Part shown: piece after piece, positions 1-9,169 of the stretch
Numbering within the stretch: position 1 is the stretch's first letter
How the letters are laid out: every line of letters begins with the position of its first letter
The notes under the pieces: generated by a model
Told to the model about the DNA's origin: nothing
The model's database searches: none
What the model saw: the letters and a program-made list of their open reading frames with translations, nothing else
Made by a program: the position numbers and the translations under genes
Assembly (NCBI GenBank): GCA_965226495.1
Contig: OZ245365.1
Location: forward strand, 4,032,001-4,096,000
Reading direction: 5' to 3'
Origin: Candidatus Marinacidobacterales bacterium
Lineage (GTDB): Bacteria; Acidobacteriota; Vicinamibacteria; Marinacidobacterales; DATDRI01
Length of the DNA: 64,000 nucleotides

Positions 1-1460
1 GCCGGGCCTGCACTAGACCCGCCGCCGAGGCTGTCGCCAAGAATGTGGTCCGTGAGCCATCCTGGACCGCGAGTGGGGGCGACGATGGCGTCCAGGTTGT
101 GCTCGTTCATCAGAGCGTCAATACCCTCCTCGCGGGTGTAGCGCTGGATGGTGCGGACGGCCGTCAAGTACTCCTCGTCTTCGAGGGACCCCGACTCTTC
201 GGATTCGATGAGCCGCTCTTGTCCGAAGTACGGCATCTCTCGATCGCTGTTCTCGATGTTGAGCGCAATGAGCTCGGTCAAGCTCTTCACGGGCGCATCG
301 GGCCCCAGGCTCTCGAAATAACGGTTGATCCCGTCTTTGAACTCGTAGTTGAGCACCGTCATCGGCAATTCCTCGAACACTGAACCGGTGTCCAGGTGGG
401 GCAGGTTGGCCGGGTCCACGACGACGGCGCCCGCGGCCTTCATGTCCTCGACGGCTTTGTCGAAGAGAGCGAGGACGCGGTTGTCGAAGCCGGAAAAATT
501 GCGGGCGACGCCGATGCGCGCGCCTTCGAGCCCGGCCGGGTCGAGAAACTGCGTGTAGTCGGTATGAAAGTTGCCTTCGCTCGCTGCGGTGGCGCTGTCG
601 CGGGGGTCGACGCCCGTCACCGTACCGAGAAGCGCGGCCGCGTCCGCGAGCGTGCGCGTCATCGGGCCGGCGCTGTCCTGGGAGTGCGAGATCGGAATGA
701 TCCCGGAGCGGCTCCAGAGGCCCACGGTCGGTTTGATGCCGACGATGCCGTTGATCGACGAGGGGCACATGATGGATCCGCCCGTCTCCGTTCCGATCGT
801 GAGCGCCGCGAGGTTCGCCGAAGCGGCGACGCCGGAGCCCGAGCTCGACCCGCACGGGTTTCGATCGAGAGCATAGGGATTGCGGCACTGCCCGCCGCGC
901 GCGCTCCATCCGCTCGTCGCCTTCAGCCCGCGCCAGTAGGCCCACTCACTCATGTTGGCTTTGGCCAGGATGATGGCGCCCGCTTCGCGCAGCTTTTGTG
1001 CGACGAACGAATCTTGCGGTGGGATGGAGCCCTCGAGCGCGAGCGACCCGGCCGTCGTGGTCATCTGATCGTGCGTGTCGATATTGTCTTTGATGGCGAC
1101 GGGGATTCCGTGAAGCGGGCCGCGGGGCCCGATCGACGCCCGTTCGGCATCCAGAGCGTCAGCAATCGAAAGGGCCTCCGGGTTGGTCTCGATGATCGAC
1201 CGCAATTCCGGTCCCTGACGATCGAGCGCCTCGATGCGGGCGAGGTACGCTTCCGTAATGGAGCGCGCCGTCCATCGTCCCGAAGCCATGCCTTCTTGTA
1301 GCTCCGCGACGGTGACTTCGGAGAGCTCGAAAGGCTCGTTCCACGTCGCTGCCGCGTCGTCGGAGCCGTCCGGCGCTTGCGCGGGGTCGCATCCTATCGG
1401 CCCGGTGAGAAGTGTGGCGCTACCCAACGCCGTGTACCCAAGAAAACGTCTACGATTCAT
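1..1460 (-). CDS. Amidase-signature family amidase with Tat signal; 3' end runs off the window
   Basis: Manual translation from ATG at 1460: MNRRRFLGYTALG...GPLHGIPVAIKDNIDT...RNPCGSSSGSG...IGTETGGSIMCPSSINGIVGIKPT. Absent from the ORF track, consistent with no stop inside the window. Confidence 0.92.
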   Translation of the reverse strand, partial: MNRRRFLGYTALGSATLLTGPIGCDPAQAPDGSDDAAATWNEPFELSEVTVAELQEGMASGRWTARSITEAYLARIEALDRQGPELRSIIETNPEALSIADALDAERASIGPRGPLHGIPVAIKDNIDTHDQMTTTAGSLALEGSIPPQDSFVAQKLREAGAIILAKANMSEWAYWRGLKATSGWSARGGQCRNPYALDRNPCGSSSGSGVAASANLAALTIGTETGGSIMCPSSINGIVGIKPTVGLWSRSGIIPISHSQDSAGPMTRTLADAAALLGTVTGVDPRDSATAASEGNFHTDYTQFLDPAGLEGARIGVARNFSGFDNRVLALFDKAVEDMKAAGAVVVDPANLPHLDTGSVFEELPMTVLNYEFKDGINRYFESLGPDAPVKSLTELIALNIENSDREMPYFGQERLIESEESGSLEDEEYLTAVRTIQRYTREEGIDALMNEHNLDAIVAPTRGPGWLTDHILGDSLGGGSSAGP

Positions 1461-1514
1461 GACGGACTCCTCCTCCTCGGCGAAGCCTAGCATCAATTGG
1501 CTTCGATCCTCACC

Positions 1515-1536
1515 ACCGCCTCGTCACAACCCGGGC
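1515..1536. repeat. 22-bp imperfect direct repeat, copy 1 (copy 2 at 3129-3150)
   Basis: accgcctcgtcacaacccgggc vs accgcctcgtcacgacctgggc, 20/22 identical. Confidence 0.7.
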
Positions 1537-1584
1537 AAAGAGTCGACTTGCCTTCCCGGTAGAGCCCGCGAACGACCGCGCTGG

Positions 1585-2985
1585 CTACTCGTATCCGGTG
1601 AAATCCTCACCCGGCTTGATGTTCGGGAACTCCTGCATGCTCTTCGCCTTCTCGTTGAGGATCGTTCTCATCGGCCCGTAGACCCACGAGTAGATGGCGA
1701 GTGGGGAATGCATCAAGTTGGTCACCTCTCCTGGATCGTTGGCGACGTCGTAGACCCGAGGGAACTGATAGGTCTGAGCGGGTGCCCAGAGGCTCTCGTA
1801 CGTCTTGAGGTGAATCTTGAAGGTTCGCCATTTCACCGAAGCTAGTTCCGCTCCGATATAGCAGAGAACGTATTCCCGGTTGGATGTCTCCTGTTTGCCG
1901 AGAAGGAAGTCTGCCTGATTGACGCCGTCGATCGGTCGGTCGGTCGGTATCCGCGCTTCCTCACCGACCAGGTGAGCCAACGTCGGCATCCAATCCAGAC
2001 TCGCGAAGACCGCATCGGACACGCGCCCCGCCTCGATGTATCCCGGCCATCGGACCATGCCCACCGTGCGCACGCCGCCTTCGTAGCCGGTGAAACCGCC
2101 CCGCCACGGTCCGTTCGACCCGCCGCCCATGCCGTCCGGAACGGTCCCGTTGTCCCCCGAGAGGATCACGATGGTGTCGTCCTCGATGCCGGACGCTTGT
2201 AGCTTGTCCAGAATGCGACCGACGTTGTAGTCGACCTCCATGAGGATGTCGCCGTAAATTCCCGTTCCGGACGCGTTGTCGAAATCGGGATGATGACCGT
2301 ACGGCGGGTGTATCTGGGTCACAGCCATATAGAGAAAGAAGGACCGTCCCGCGCCTGCCTGCGCTTCGATAAAGGCTTCCGACCGCTCCACGATCTCTCG
2401 ATCGATCGTTTTGCGGCTCTCCAGGTTGAATGGCCCTACCTTTGTGGAAGGTTTTCCGGAAACGCCTTCCCAGATGTAGGGCTGGGGAAAGACCTTGGGG
2501 TCGAACTGCGGAGTCGATGAGTAGCCGGCCTCGTCGCTGGAGTTCTTGATCCCGAACCACTCGTCGAAGCCCTGGTCGGTCGGAAGTCGACCCTCCACGT
2601 CGCCGAGATGCCATTTCCCGAAATGCGCGGTGGCGTAGCCGGCGTCGGAAAGCAACTCCGGTAGCGTGTACTCCCAGAGCGCCAGGCCGTACGGCATGCC
2701 GTACGTCACCTGGTGGGTCCCCGAACGAATCGGAAGCCGGCCGGTCATGATGGCCGAGCGAGTGGGTGTGCACTGCGTCTCCACGTTGAAGTTGGTGAGG
2801 CGCAGCCCTGTCTGGGCGAGAGCATCGATGCGCGGCGTCGGCACCGAGCCACCCTGGATGCGGATGTCGCCCCAGCCCCAGTTGTCGACGAGGATGTACA
2901 CGATGTTGGGTTTGGACGCTTGAGCCGAGACAGTTGTCGCTAGCACCGCCAGAGCGGCAACAGTGATGGCAATCCGAGTTTTCAT
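1585..2985 (-). CDS. Cys-type arylsulfatase, secreted
   Basis: Signal peptide, KPNIVYILVDN, CTPTRSAIMTGR (CxPxR), GKWHLG, SGDNG, YEGGVR. Confidence 0.93.
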   Translation of the reverse strand: MKTRIAITVAALAVLATTVSAQASKPNIVYILVDNWGWGDIRIQGGSVPTPRIDALAQTGLRLTNFNVETQCTPTRSAIMTGRLPIRSGTHQVTYGMPYGLALWEYTLPELLSDAGYATAHFGKWHLGDVEGRLPTDQGFDEWFGIKNSSDEAGYSSTPQFDPKVFPQPYIWEGVSGKPSTKVGPFNLESRKTIDREIVERSEAFIEAQAGAGRSFFLYMAVTQIHPPYGHHPDFDNASGTGIYGDILMEVDYNVGRILDKLQASGIEDDTIVILSGDNGTVPDGMGGGSNGPWRGGFTGYEGGVRTVGMVRWPGYIEAGRVSDAVFASLDWMPTLAHLVGEEARIPTDRPIDGVNQADFLLGKQETSNREYVLCYIGAELASVKWRTFKIHLKTYESLWAPAQTYQFPRVYDVANDPGEVTNLMHSPLAIYSWVYGPMRTILNEKAKSMQEFPNIKPGEDFTGYE

Positions 2986-3128
2986 CCTACGTTCCCCCGA
3001 GCAAGTATTGGCTATCTGGAAATAACTGGCCCGACCATAGTGTCGGCCCTGATTTCCATATACCCCTCGAACCCCGAGCAGTCAAAAGCAAGAACTTGCA
3101 CGCCGAAATCAGAGCCCCCAGGGGGCCG

Positions 3129-3150
3129 ACCGCCTCGTCACGACCTGGGC
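3129..3150. repeat. 22-bp imperfect direct repeat, copy 2
   Basis: Matches 1515-1536 at 20/22. Confidence 0.7.
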
Positions 3151-3257
3151 TCGGCGAGAGGGGCGATGACTTTCATTGCCCCGCGAGCGCAAATCATGCC
3201 CGGAAATGATACACTCCGCTATCTTATCGAACTGTTATCCAAGGAGACCGAACCTCT

Positions 3258-3698
3258 ATGTCCGTCGAAAAACCTGATTACCATGATGCCGACCTCGTTC
3301 TGCGGGTCTACGAAATGCGCCGGGAGGCCAAGTCTCGCGAGGCCCGCGACCTGTTGAACTTCGGGTTCTGGCCGAAGAGCTATGACGATGTCAAAGCCGT
3401 CCAGCAAGCCGATAATCCGATGAACTTTGCCTGGCGCCAGCTGAGCGCGTACTGGGAAATGGTGTTTTCGATGGGTCGAAATGGAATCGTTAACGCCGAC
3501 TACCTGATAGAAAACAACGGAGAGGGCTTGTTCTTCTTCGCGAAGATAGCTCCTTACCTCGAAGACATCCGGCGTGACGGCTCTGCAAACGCATTCAAAA
3601 ACGTTGAGTGGGCCACGACGGCAAGCGAAAACGGTCGGAATACGTTCGCCTACATTCAGGAGGTTATCAAAAAGCGCACCGAGTCCTATCAAAAGTGA
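3258..3698 (+). CDS. Conserved hypothetical protein (DUF4760-like)
   Basis: AAGGAG RBS; DADLVLRVYEMRRE...SAYWEM pattern recalled from acidobacterial hypotheticals. Confidence 0.65.
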   Translation: MSVEKPDYHDADLVLRVYEMRREAKSREARDLLNFGFWPKSYDDVKAVQQADNPMNFAWRQLSAYWEMVFSMGRNGIVNADYLIENNGEGLFFFAKIAPYLEDIRRDGSANAFKNVEWATTASENGRNTFAYIQEVIKKRTESYQK

Positions 3699-3785
3699 GG
3701 TCCGGTCGCTGTCGTCGACCCGCCATGCATGGGCCGCATGGGCCGCAAGGACGAGGCGCCGGGTTCGGTGGCCTGAAGAACTCGA

Positions 3786-4586
3786 CTAAAGGTTGGAGCG
3801 CGCTTCTTTGACCATCGCCACCAGCACCTTCCGGCAATCCCCAGCCGTCTTGACCTCACCGGGGAAGCCAATCCGCACCGAACGAACGCGTTCCGTCGTT
3901 TTGAGGCGAACGTGAAAGCCCAGCCGATCGACGGAAGTCATCTTGGCTTCGCTGGCTGTGATCTTCTTCATGTGTTTTGCGATGTCGAGCATGGCCGCCT
4001 CGTGGTCGGCGTTCATGTGCTCGATGATTCCACCGGCTGATTCCGCCAACGGATCCGACTCCGCTGCGGCGTAGTCGGAGGAGGTGACCCACCCCATGAC
4101 GCCGAAACCGCCGACGAAGTAGAGCTCGATCACATCTAAGCGCCAGAAGGAGAAATCTTTGAAGTCGACGTAGTATTTGGCGTTCTCGTGGCGGGCAAGG
4201 TAAGTCTCTCGCGCTGATTCCAGGTCGGACTCGGGAACTTTGGTCGCCGAGCCGACGAGAGTGAGGCGGGCGGCTCCCAGCGGATCGGTCTGGGCCTCAG
4301 GGACGGTGATGAATAGACTGGCGCGAGCGTTCTTGGCCAGGTTCTGAGTATGCATGGCCATGCCGCTGATAAGGAAGATGGGGCGTCCCTTGGCGTCCAA
4401 GGCGAAGGGCATGGTAGAACCGAAGGGGAATCCTTCGACCTTGTTCGAATGCGTCGAGAGGACGCCCTGCCCATTCGTCGAGGCGATCGTCCGTGCGCGC
4501 TCGGCGTAGGAGGTCTCCGGAGCGGGGTTGATGTCCTCGGGTTCCGTCGTGTAGGAATGTTCTCGGGTCTTTGTTTCTTTAGTCAC
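3786..4586 (-). CDS. HugZ-like pyridoxamine 5'-phosphate oxidase family protein with DUF2470 domain
   Basis: GFPFGS, ISGMAMHTQNL, ARLTLVG, VGGFG, IIEHMNADH, VDRLGF. Confidence 0.88.
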   Translation of the reverse strand: MTKETKTREHSYTTEPEDINPAPETSYAERARTIASTNGQGVLSTHSNKVEGFPFGSTMPFALDAKGRPIFLISGMAMHTQNLAKNARASLFITVPEAQTDPLGAARLTLVGSATKVPESDLESARETYLARHENAKYYVDFKDFSFWRLDVIELYFVGGFGVMGWVTSSDYAAAESDPLAESAGGIIEHMNADHEAAMLDIAKHMKKITASEAKMTSVDRLGFHVRLKTTERVRSVRIGFPGEVKTAGDCRKVLVAMVKEARSNL

Positions 4587-4598
4587 TTAGATTGTATT

Positions 4599-5483
4599 TT
4601 ACTCCACATCCTTCACACATCGAAAACCGGTGTCCACATAACTGTTTGACTGGACATCACTGGTCCGTCTCGAGCAGCGCATCAATCCCGGCCTTCCGTC
4701 CCAGGAGTTCCCGCGCATCACCCTTCGTTCGTTGGGCACATCATTTATAGGATTCTTTTCCGAGCTCCGGTTGTAGTAATCTGCATCGAAGTAGTCGGCA
4801 CACCATTCCCAAGCATTGCCGGACATGTCGTACAATCCGAAAGAGTTGGGCGCGAAGGAGCCCACAGGAGAGGAATAAAGTGTATCCGTCATCATATCCC
4901 TCGGTATAGGGCCAGTCTGTGACGACCTTTATTAGATTCTCGTCGGAGACATTGGCCGCGACTTCTGGCCCCAAGGGATCGTTGCCCCAAGCATACTTGT
5001 AACCTTTTGACCCACTGCGACAGGCGTATTCCCATTCGGCCTCGGTGGGCAAGCGTTTTCCAGCCCAGTGGGCGTAGGCGTTGGCATCGTTCCAGCTCAG
5101 ATGCGTCACCGGATGTTTGTTTTCCTCTGCTTGGCGCAGATTACCCATTTCGTCGAACCTCCAGTTGATCCCCGGTCTCATCTCCCAGCCTTCTCCACCC
5201 CATGTATAACCGCCATCATTTTTCTCGGCATTAGTGACATAGTTTGTGGCATCCACAAATTTTCGAAATTCTTCTACCGTGACTTCATGGTAGCCATGTA
5301 AAACACATCCACTTCCACCTCATGAACGGGTTTCTCCATGTCTTGACCGTTGGCATCACCCATCATGAACGATCCGCCGGGAATTAAAACCATCCCGGGA
5401 TGGTGGGTTTGTGATGTCTGACCAGTGGGCATGAGGGCCATTGCCGTGATACCTATCAACGCGGGTAAAAACAGTTTTGTCAT
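4599..5483 (-). pseudogene. SUMF1/FGE-sulfatase domain protein with two frameshifts (~5289, ~4878); may be intact if these are sequencing errors
   Basis: Three ORF pieces join: GGSFMMG..EKPVHEV / HPVTHLSWNDANAYAHWAGKRLPTEAEWEYACR / PVGSFAPNSFGLYDMSGNAWEW..GFRC. Visibly lower GC. Confidence 0.85.
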
Positions 5484-5964
5484 TGTTGTATCTCCGTCAT
5501 GACTAATACGGCGCCACGAAGGCATTGTTGGCACTTCGATCGCCGCCGAGCCCGTATGGATCGTCGTGATGGAACTGCAGTCCTCGGCGCTCGGGACATC
5601 GATCTCTTTACTAAGGATTCACAACAGTCGGCGCGCTCCCGCAGGGTACGGTTGGATACGTCCATCCCGGCCATGCCGCGAAACGTGGAGACCACGATCA
5701 GGTCGAGAGGCTCGGGCCTTTCCGCTTCGCGGAAGCCGCGAAAGCGCAGCATCGGTGGGGGCTCCTCGTAAAGCGGAAGGGCTTCATCGCTTCTCGGTGC
5801 AGTACGCAAACATTGGGAACGGGGCGTTTCAGTATCCGGAGTTCTCCGGGCTCGTAGTCCACGAGCTTGCGTCGGGTCTCCTTCACAGGGCTTCACGACA
5901 GCAACGTAACCAAAGCCGCCGGGATAGGACGCTCGTCCTCGATAGACGAGAGGCCGACGCCGTC

Positions 5965-7677
5965 TCATGGACAGGTCACGAGAGGATCGGTCACCACGCG
6001 AAAGTTCGCGCCCACCGCGGTAGAGAAGCCGTTGGTCAATGCGATGGTGGTGCCGGCCCGGAAGTGAACGGTTCCGCCCGATTGCGCCTGGAAGCCGCTC
6101 CCCGCTGTGATCGAACTCTCGGTCAGGAACGTCGCGTCGCTGGTGGAGTCGCCCGCCGTCAGGTTGATCGTCCCGGTAGAGCAGGAGGTGGGAGCGTTGA
6201 TTAGGGTGTCCTCGGAATCGCCGTCGTTGGCCCCGACTGGATCGTTGTTGGACGAGGACACGCTCACGGAGTTGGCGATGGTGCCGCTCGCGCCCGTTCC
6301 CACCGCCACCGTCACCTGGAAGCTCCCGGAGGCGCCGGCGGCGATGGTCCCCAACGAACAGGTCGGAACGCCGTTGGGGTCGTTGGTACAACCATTCGTG
6401 GCGCTGAAGATCACGCTGCCGGGTAGTGTATCGTCAACGGTGACGTCCTCGGCCGCCGCTGGCCCGGCGTTGGATACGGTCACCGTATAGATCAGGCCGG
6501 TGCCGGCCAGAGCAGGATCTTCCGTATCCGCCTTAGTGATCGACAGGTCGGCGTCGCCGGATCCAAGCGCCGGGTCGATCACGATAACGTCGTAGGAGAC
6601 CGACTGGGGATTCCCTCCTACCATGATGTTGCTCACCGTCACGCTGACCGTCTGATCCGCCTGCCCCGCGCCGAAGCTCAAGCCCGAAGGCTCCCAAACG
6701 AGGGTGTTGTCTCCGAAGCTGTCGGTGCGGGAAACGACGGTCAGGGGGACGTTCGCCGCGTCCTTGGTCATAGTGACAGTGGCAGTGGAGTAGTCGGCAA
6801 AGGGCTCGCTGTTTAAAGAGAGGGACCAACGAGGGTAAACCACCTGGTAAGGTACGAAGCCCTCTCCGGGCCATGCCACCACCGAGGGCGCACCCGGACG
6901 GCTACCGAAGCCAGCGAAGACATAGAGAACGTTGGACCCGAAGAATAAACCGTTGACGCCATCGGTGGAACCGGTGGCCATCTGCACCTGCGGGGGATAG
7001 AGGATCCATCGCCGGTGCCCCACGGGTTGGTTGGACGCCCCCTGGTCCCGCATGTAGCCGACGATGGCGTTGGGACCGGCGTTGCCCAAGGCCAGGTTGG
7101 AGTTGCCCGCGGCGTCGGCGCCTGTGGTCGTGAAGCAGGCCCATCCCGGTAGAGGGGAATGGCTCAGGGATCCTTCGGCGATCATCATCAGCGCCGCCTC
7201 TTGGGAGTCGTCGTTGAGGGAGACGACGTTGGCCACGTCGCCGGGCAGGCCACTCATGGCTCGAAAATAGTTGATCATATCCATGGTGGCGTCGATGTAG
7301 GCCTGGGACGTGGTGCCCGCCACGCAGCCGGCGATGCTGCCCGTCCAGCCCATGGGTACGGCGAGAGCCGGGATGTACACCGTGTCGAACAGGTTGACCA
7401 CTGCGGGCCGGTTTTGGGTGCTGACGCTGATGGCACTGGCCAGAGGGGTAAAGATCGACCTCGACTTGTCCAGCCAGTAAAAGGGCTTGACCGGAGGCGT
7501 GCCGAGCTCGACGTCTCCACCACGCTCACTCTGGCCGCCGGCCGGAGCCGCCAACCTCCCCAGCGCGAAGAACATCAAGCTTGCAAGGATAGCTGTCTTG
7601 CTGAGAGCCACGATCACCGCCGCTTTCCGGCCCCCGACTGCGAGCCGGCCAGCCGGACCTATGGTTGGAGGATCCAC
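5965..7677 (-). CDS. Secreted CAP/SCP-domain protein with DUF11 Ig-like domain and C-terminal beta-stack (3-coathanger-like) domain
   Basis: INYFRAMSGL, LSH, GHRRWILYP (CAP); ADLSITK...YTVTVSNAGP...VTVDDTLP (DUF11); VHFRAGTTIALTNGFS. True start probably downstream of 7677. Confidence 0.8.
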   Translation of the reverse strand: MDPPTIGPAGRLAVGGRKAAVIVALSKTAILASLMFFALGRLAAPAGGQSERGGDVELGTPPVKPFYWLDKSRSIFTPLASAISVSTQNRPAVVNLFDTVYIPALAVPMGWTGSIAGCVAGTTSQAYIDATMDMINYFRAMSGLPGDVANVVSLNDDSQEAALMMIAEGSLSHSPLPGWACFTTTGADAAGNSNLALGNAGPNAIVGYMRDQGASNQPVGHRRWILYPPQVQMATGSTDGVNGLFFGSNVLYVFAGFGSRPGAPSVVAWPGEGFVPYQVVYPRWSLSLNSEPFADYSTATVTMTKDAANVPLTVVSRTDSFGDNTLVWEPSGLSFGAGQADQTVSVTVSNIMVGGNPQSVSYDVIVIDPALGSGDADLSITKADTEDPALAGTGLIYTVTVSNAGPAAAEDVTVDDTLPGSVIFSATNGCTNDPNGVPTCSLGTIAAGASGSFQVTVAVGTGASGTIANSVSVSSSNNDPVGANDGDSEDTLINAPTSCSTGTINLTAGDSTSDATFLTESSITAGSGFQAQSGGTVHFRAGTTIALTNGFSTAVGANFRVVTDPLVTCP

Positions 7678-7958
7678 TTTCCTTTTAGCTTACCAAACTA
7701 AGCACGCCCGTGGATCACCAGGCTCCGCCGAGGCTCCCCGCCTATCCCTACTACACCAGCAAGCTTCATCAAGAAGCAGCGGCAAAGCGGAAGTGCGAGG
7801 ACGTTCCATAGCTCGTTATCGTGAACCCGAGCCTTCTCCTCGGTCCGGGTGACCTTGGCCTGCTATACTGTCCTTATGCTCTCAAAGGCAGCTGACGCTC
7901 GTGGGTCGGTGTCGTCAGGCGCGTTGGGAGAAGGTTTCACGGTTCGCAACTTGATGAG

Positions 7959-8642
7959 GTGATGGTCATGTCGAAGCACAGATTCTCTGTCTTGGGAATG
8001 GTAGCAATTGTTGTTTGTGTTCTCCTGACGCAGGCGCCGGCCTTGGCTCAGGGTGTGATGTTCGTGAACAACGACAAGGTCGGTATCGGTGTCGCCACGC
8101 CTGGCGAGCTGCTGCACGTGAAGGACACCGCGGGTGGTGCCCAGGTCTTCGTTGAGGAGACCTCGTCAGGTACGGCGAAGATGTTCCGTCTCTTGAACCA
8201 AGGCGCCATCCAGTTCGACATGGAGAACACGAATGCGGTAGGTATCTGGCGTTTCTCTGTCTCGAACAACTTCAACATCAACTCGGCGGCGAATCCCGGC
8301 ATCACGATGTCCGTGTCTCCGACCGGCGACCTCACCATCCAAGGATCGCTTACGACTACCGGTTGCACCGGGTGTGGTGCCGACTTCGTCTTCGAGGACG
8401 ACTACGAACTGATGCCGCTCTCCGCTCTCGGCGACTTCGTGGCCCGCGAGAAGCATCTGCCCAACATCCCGACCTCGGCCGAGATGGACGAAGGCATCAA
8501 CATGAGCGAGCTGCAGCTCAAGCTGCTCCAGAAGATTGAAGAGCTCACTCTCTATTCCGTCGCCCAGCACGAGGACATCGCTTCTCTGCGCGACCAGAAC
8601 GAGCTGCTCCTCGCCCGCCTGGAAGCGCTCGAACAAAGATAG
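7959..8642 (+). CDS. Secreted protein with tail-fibre-like beta repeat and S74 chaperone-like C-terminal coiled coil
   Basis: Signal peptide; KVGIGVATPGELLHVK; ADFVFEDDYELMPL...KHLPNIPT...KLLQKIEELTLY. Confidence 0.75.
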   Translation: MMVMSKHRFSVLGMVAIVVCVLLTQAPALAQGVMFVNNDKVGIGVATPGELLHVKDTAGGAQVFVEETSSGTAKMFRLLNQGAIQFDMENTNAVGIWRFSVSNNFNINSAANPGITMSVSPTGDLTIQGSLTTTGCTGCGADFVFEDDYELMPLSALGDFVAREKHLPNIPTSAEMDEGINMSELQLKLLQKIEELTLYSVAQHEDIASLRDQNELLLARLEALEQR

Positions 8643-8695
8643 AGCCGGCGCGGGACTCGACGAAGCCTCGACGGGACGGCCAACCTGACCGCTCT

Positions 8696-9169
8696 CTAGG
8701 GCGTTCGCCGCAGTTTGAGCTCCAGAGTTCGATACTTCCCTTTTTCCTCGCCGGTAAGGAAAATCCGCAGCTGGTCTTTTGAGATGAGCTCGAAGGTAAG
8801 ATCCTTTGGGAAATCGTGCTCCTGGTTCTCGAATCGAATTCGCGGCTTCTCGGGCTCGTAGTCCACAAGCTTGAAGGTGACACTCGAGTTCCCAGCTGGA
8901 TAAGGGATGTAGACCACTTCGTCGTCTCGTATCTCGATCCGCTCGAACTCGAAGAACACCACGTGGCCTCCCGAGTAGTTCTTGCTGGCGCTCAGGATCA
9001 TGCCGCCCTCGGGGGAGGTGTAATGGGTTTCGAATCCCTCGTCCCGCCAGGTCCCCGCCAACCAATCGAGGCTCGCGAGCCGTTCCGCCGCGCTCGGCTC
9101 GTTTGCGTCTACGGTAAGAGCCATGACCAGACCAAGGATTGGCACCATCATTAATAGCGTCCTGCTCAT
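8696..9169 (-). CDS. DUF6265-like exported protein
   Basis: LDWLAGTW, FFEFERI, FENQEHDFPK; ATGA overlap with the sigma gene. Confidence 0.75.
   Translation of the reverse strand: MSRTLLMMVPILGLVMALTVDANEPSAAERLASLDWLAGTWRDEGFETHYTSPEGGMILSASKNYSGGHVVFFEFERIEIRDDEVVYIPYPAGNSSVTFKLVDYEPEKPRIRFENQEHDFPKDLTFELISKDQLRIFLTGEEKGKYRTLELKLRRTP

Noticed and set aside
45-1301. Long plus-strand ORFs, and similar ones such as 11108-12067, 36286-36870 and 55815-57107
   Set aside because: Antisense or alternative-frame shadows of real genes in GC-rich DNA.
4599-5483. FGE-domain gene as the maturase for the nearby Cys-type sulfatase
   Set aside because: It lacks the catalytic Cys pair of true FGE (RGGSFLCxxxYC); it reads RGNSWDGRPG instead.
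5495-5535. attC remnant upstream of the FGE-domain gene (GCCAACAATGCC on minus)
   Set aside because: Too short, no hairpin, and no matching GTTRRRY.
7959-8642. Prophage
   Set aside because: Isolated fibre-like gene with a signal peptide; no capsid, terminase or phage integrase.
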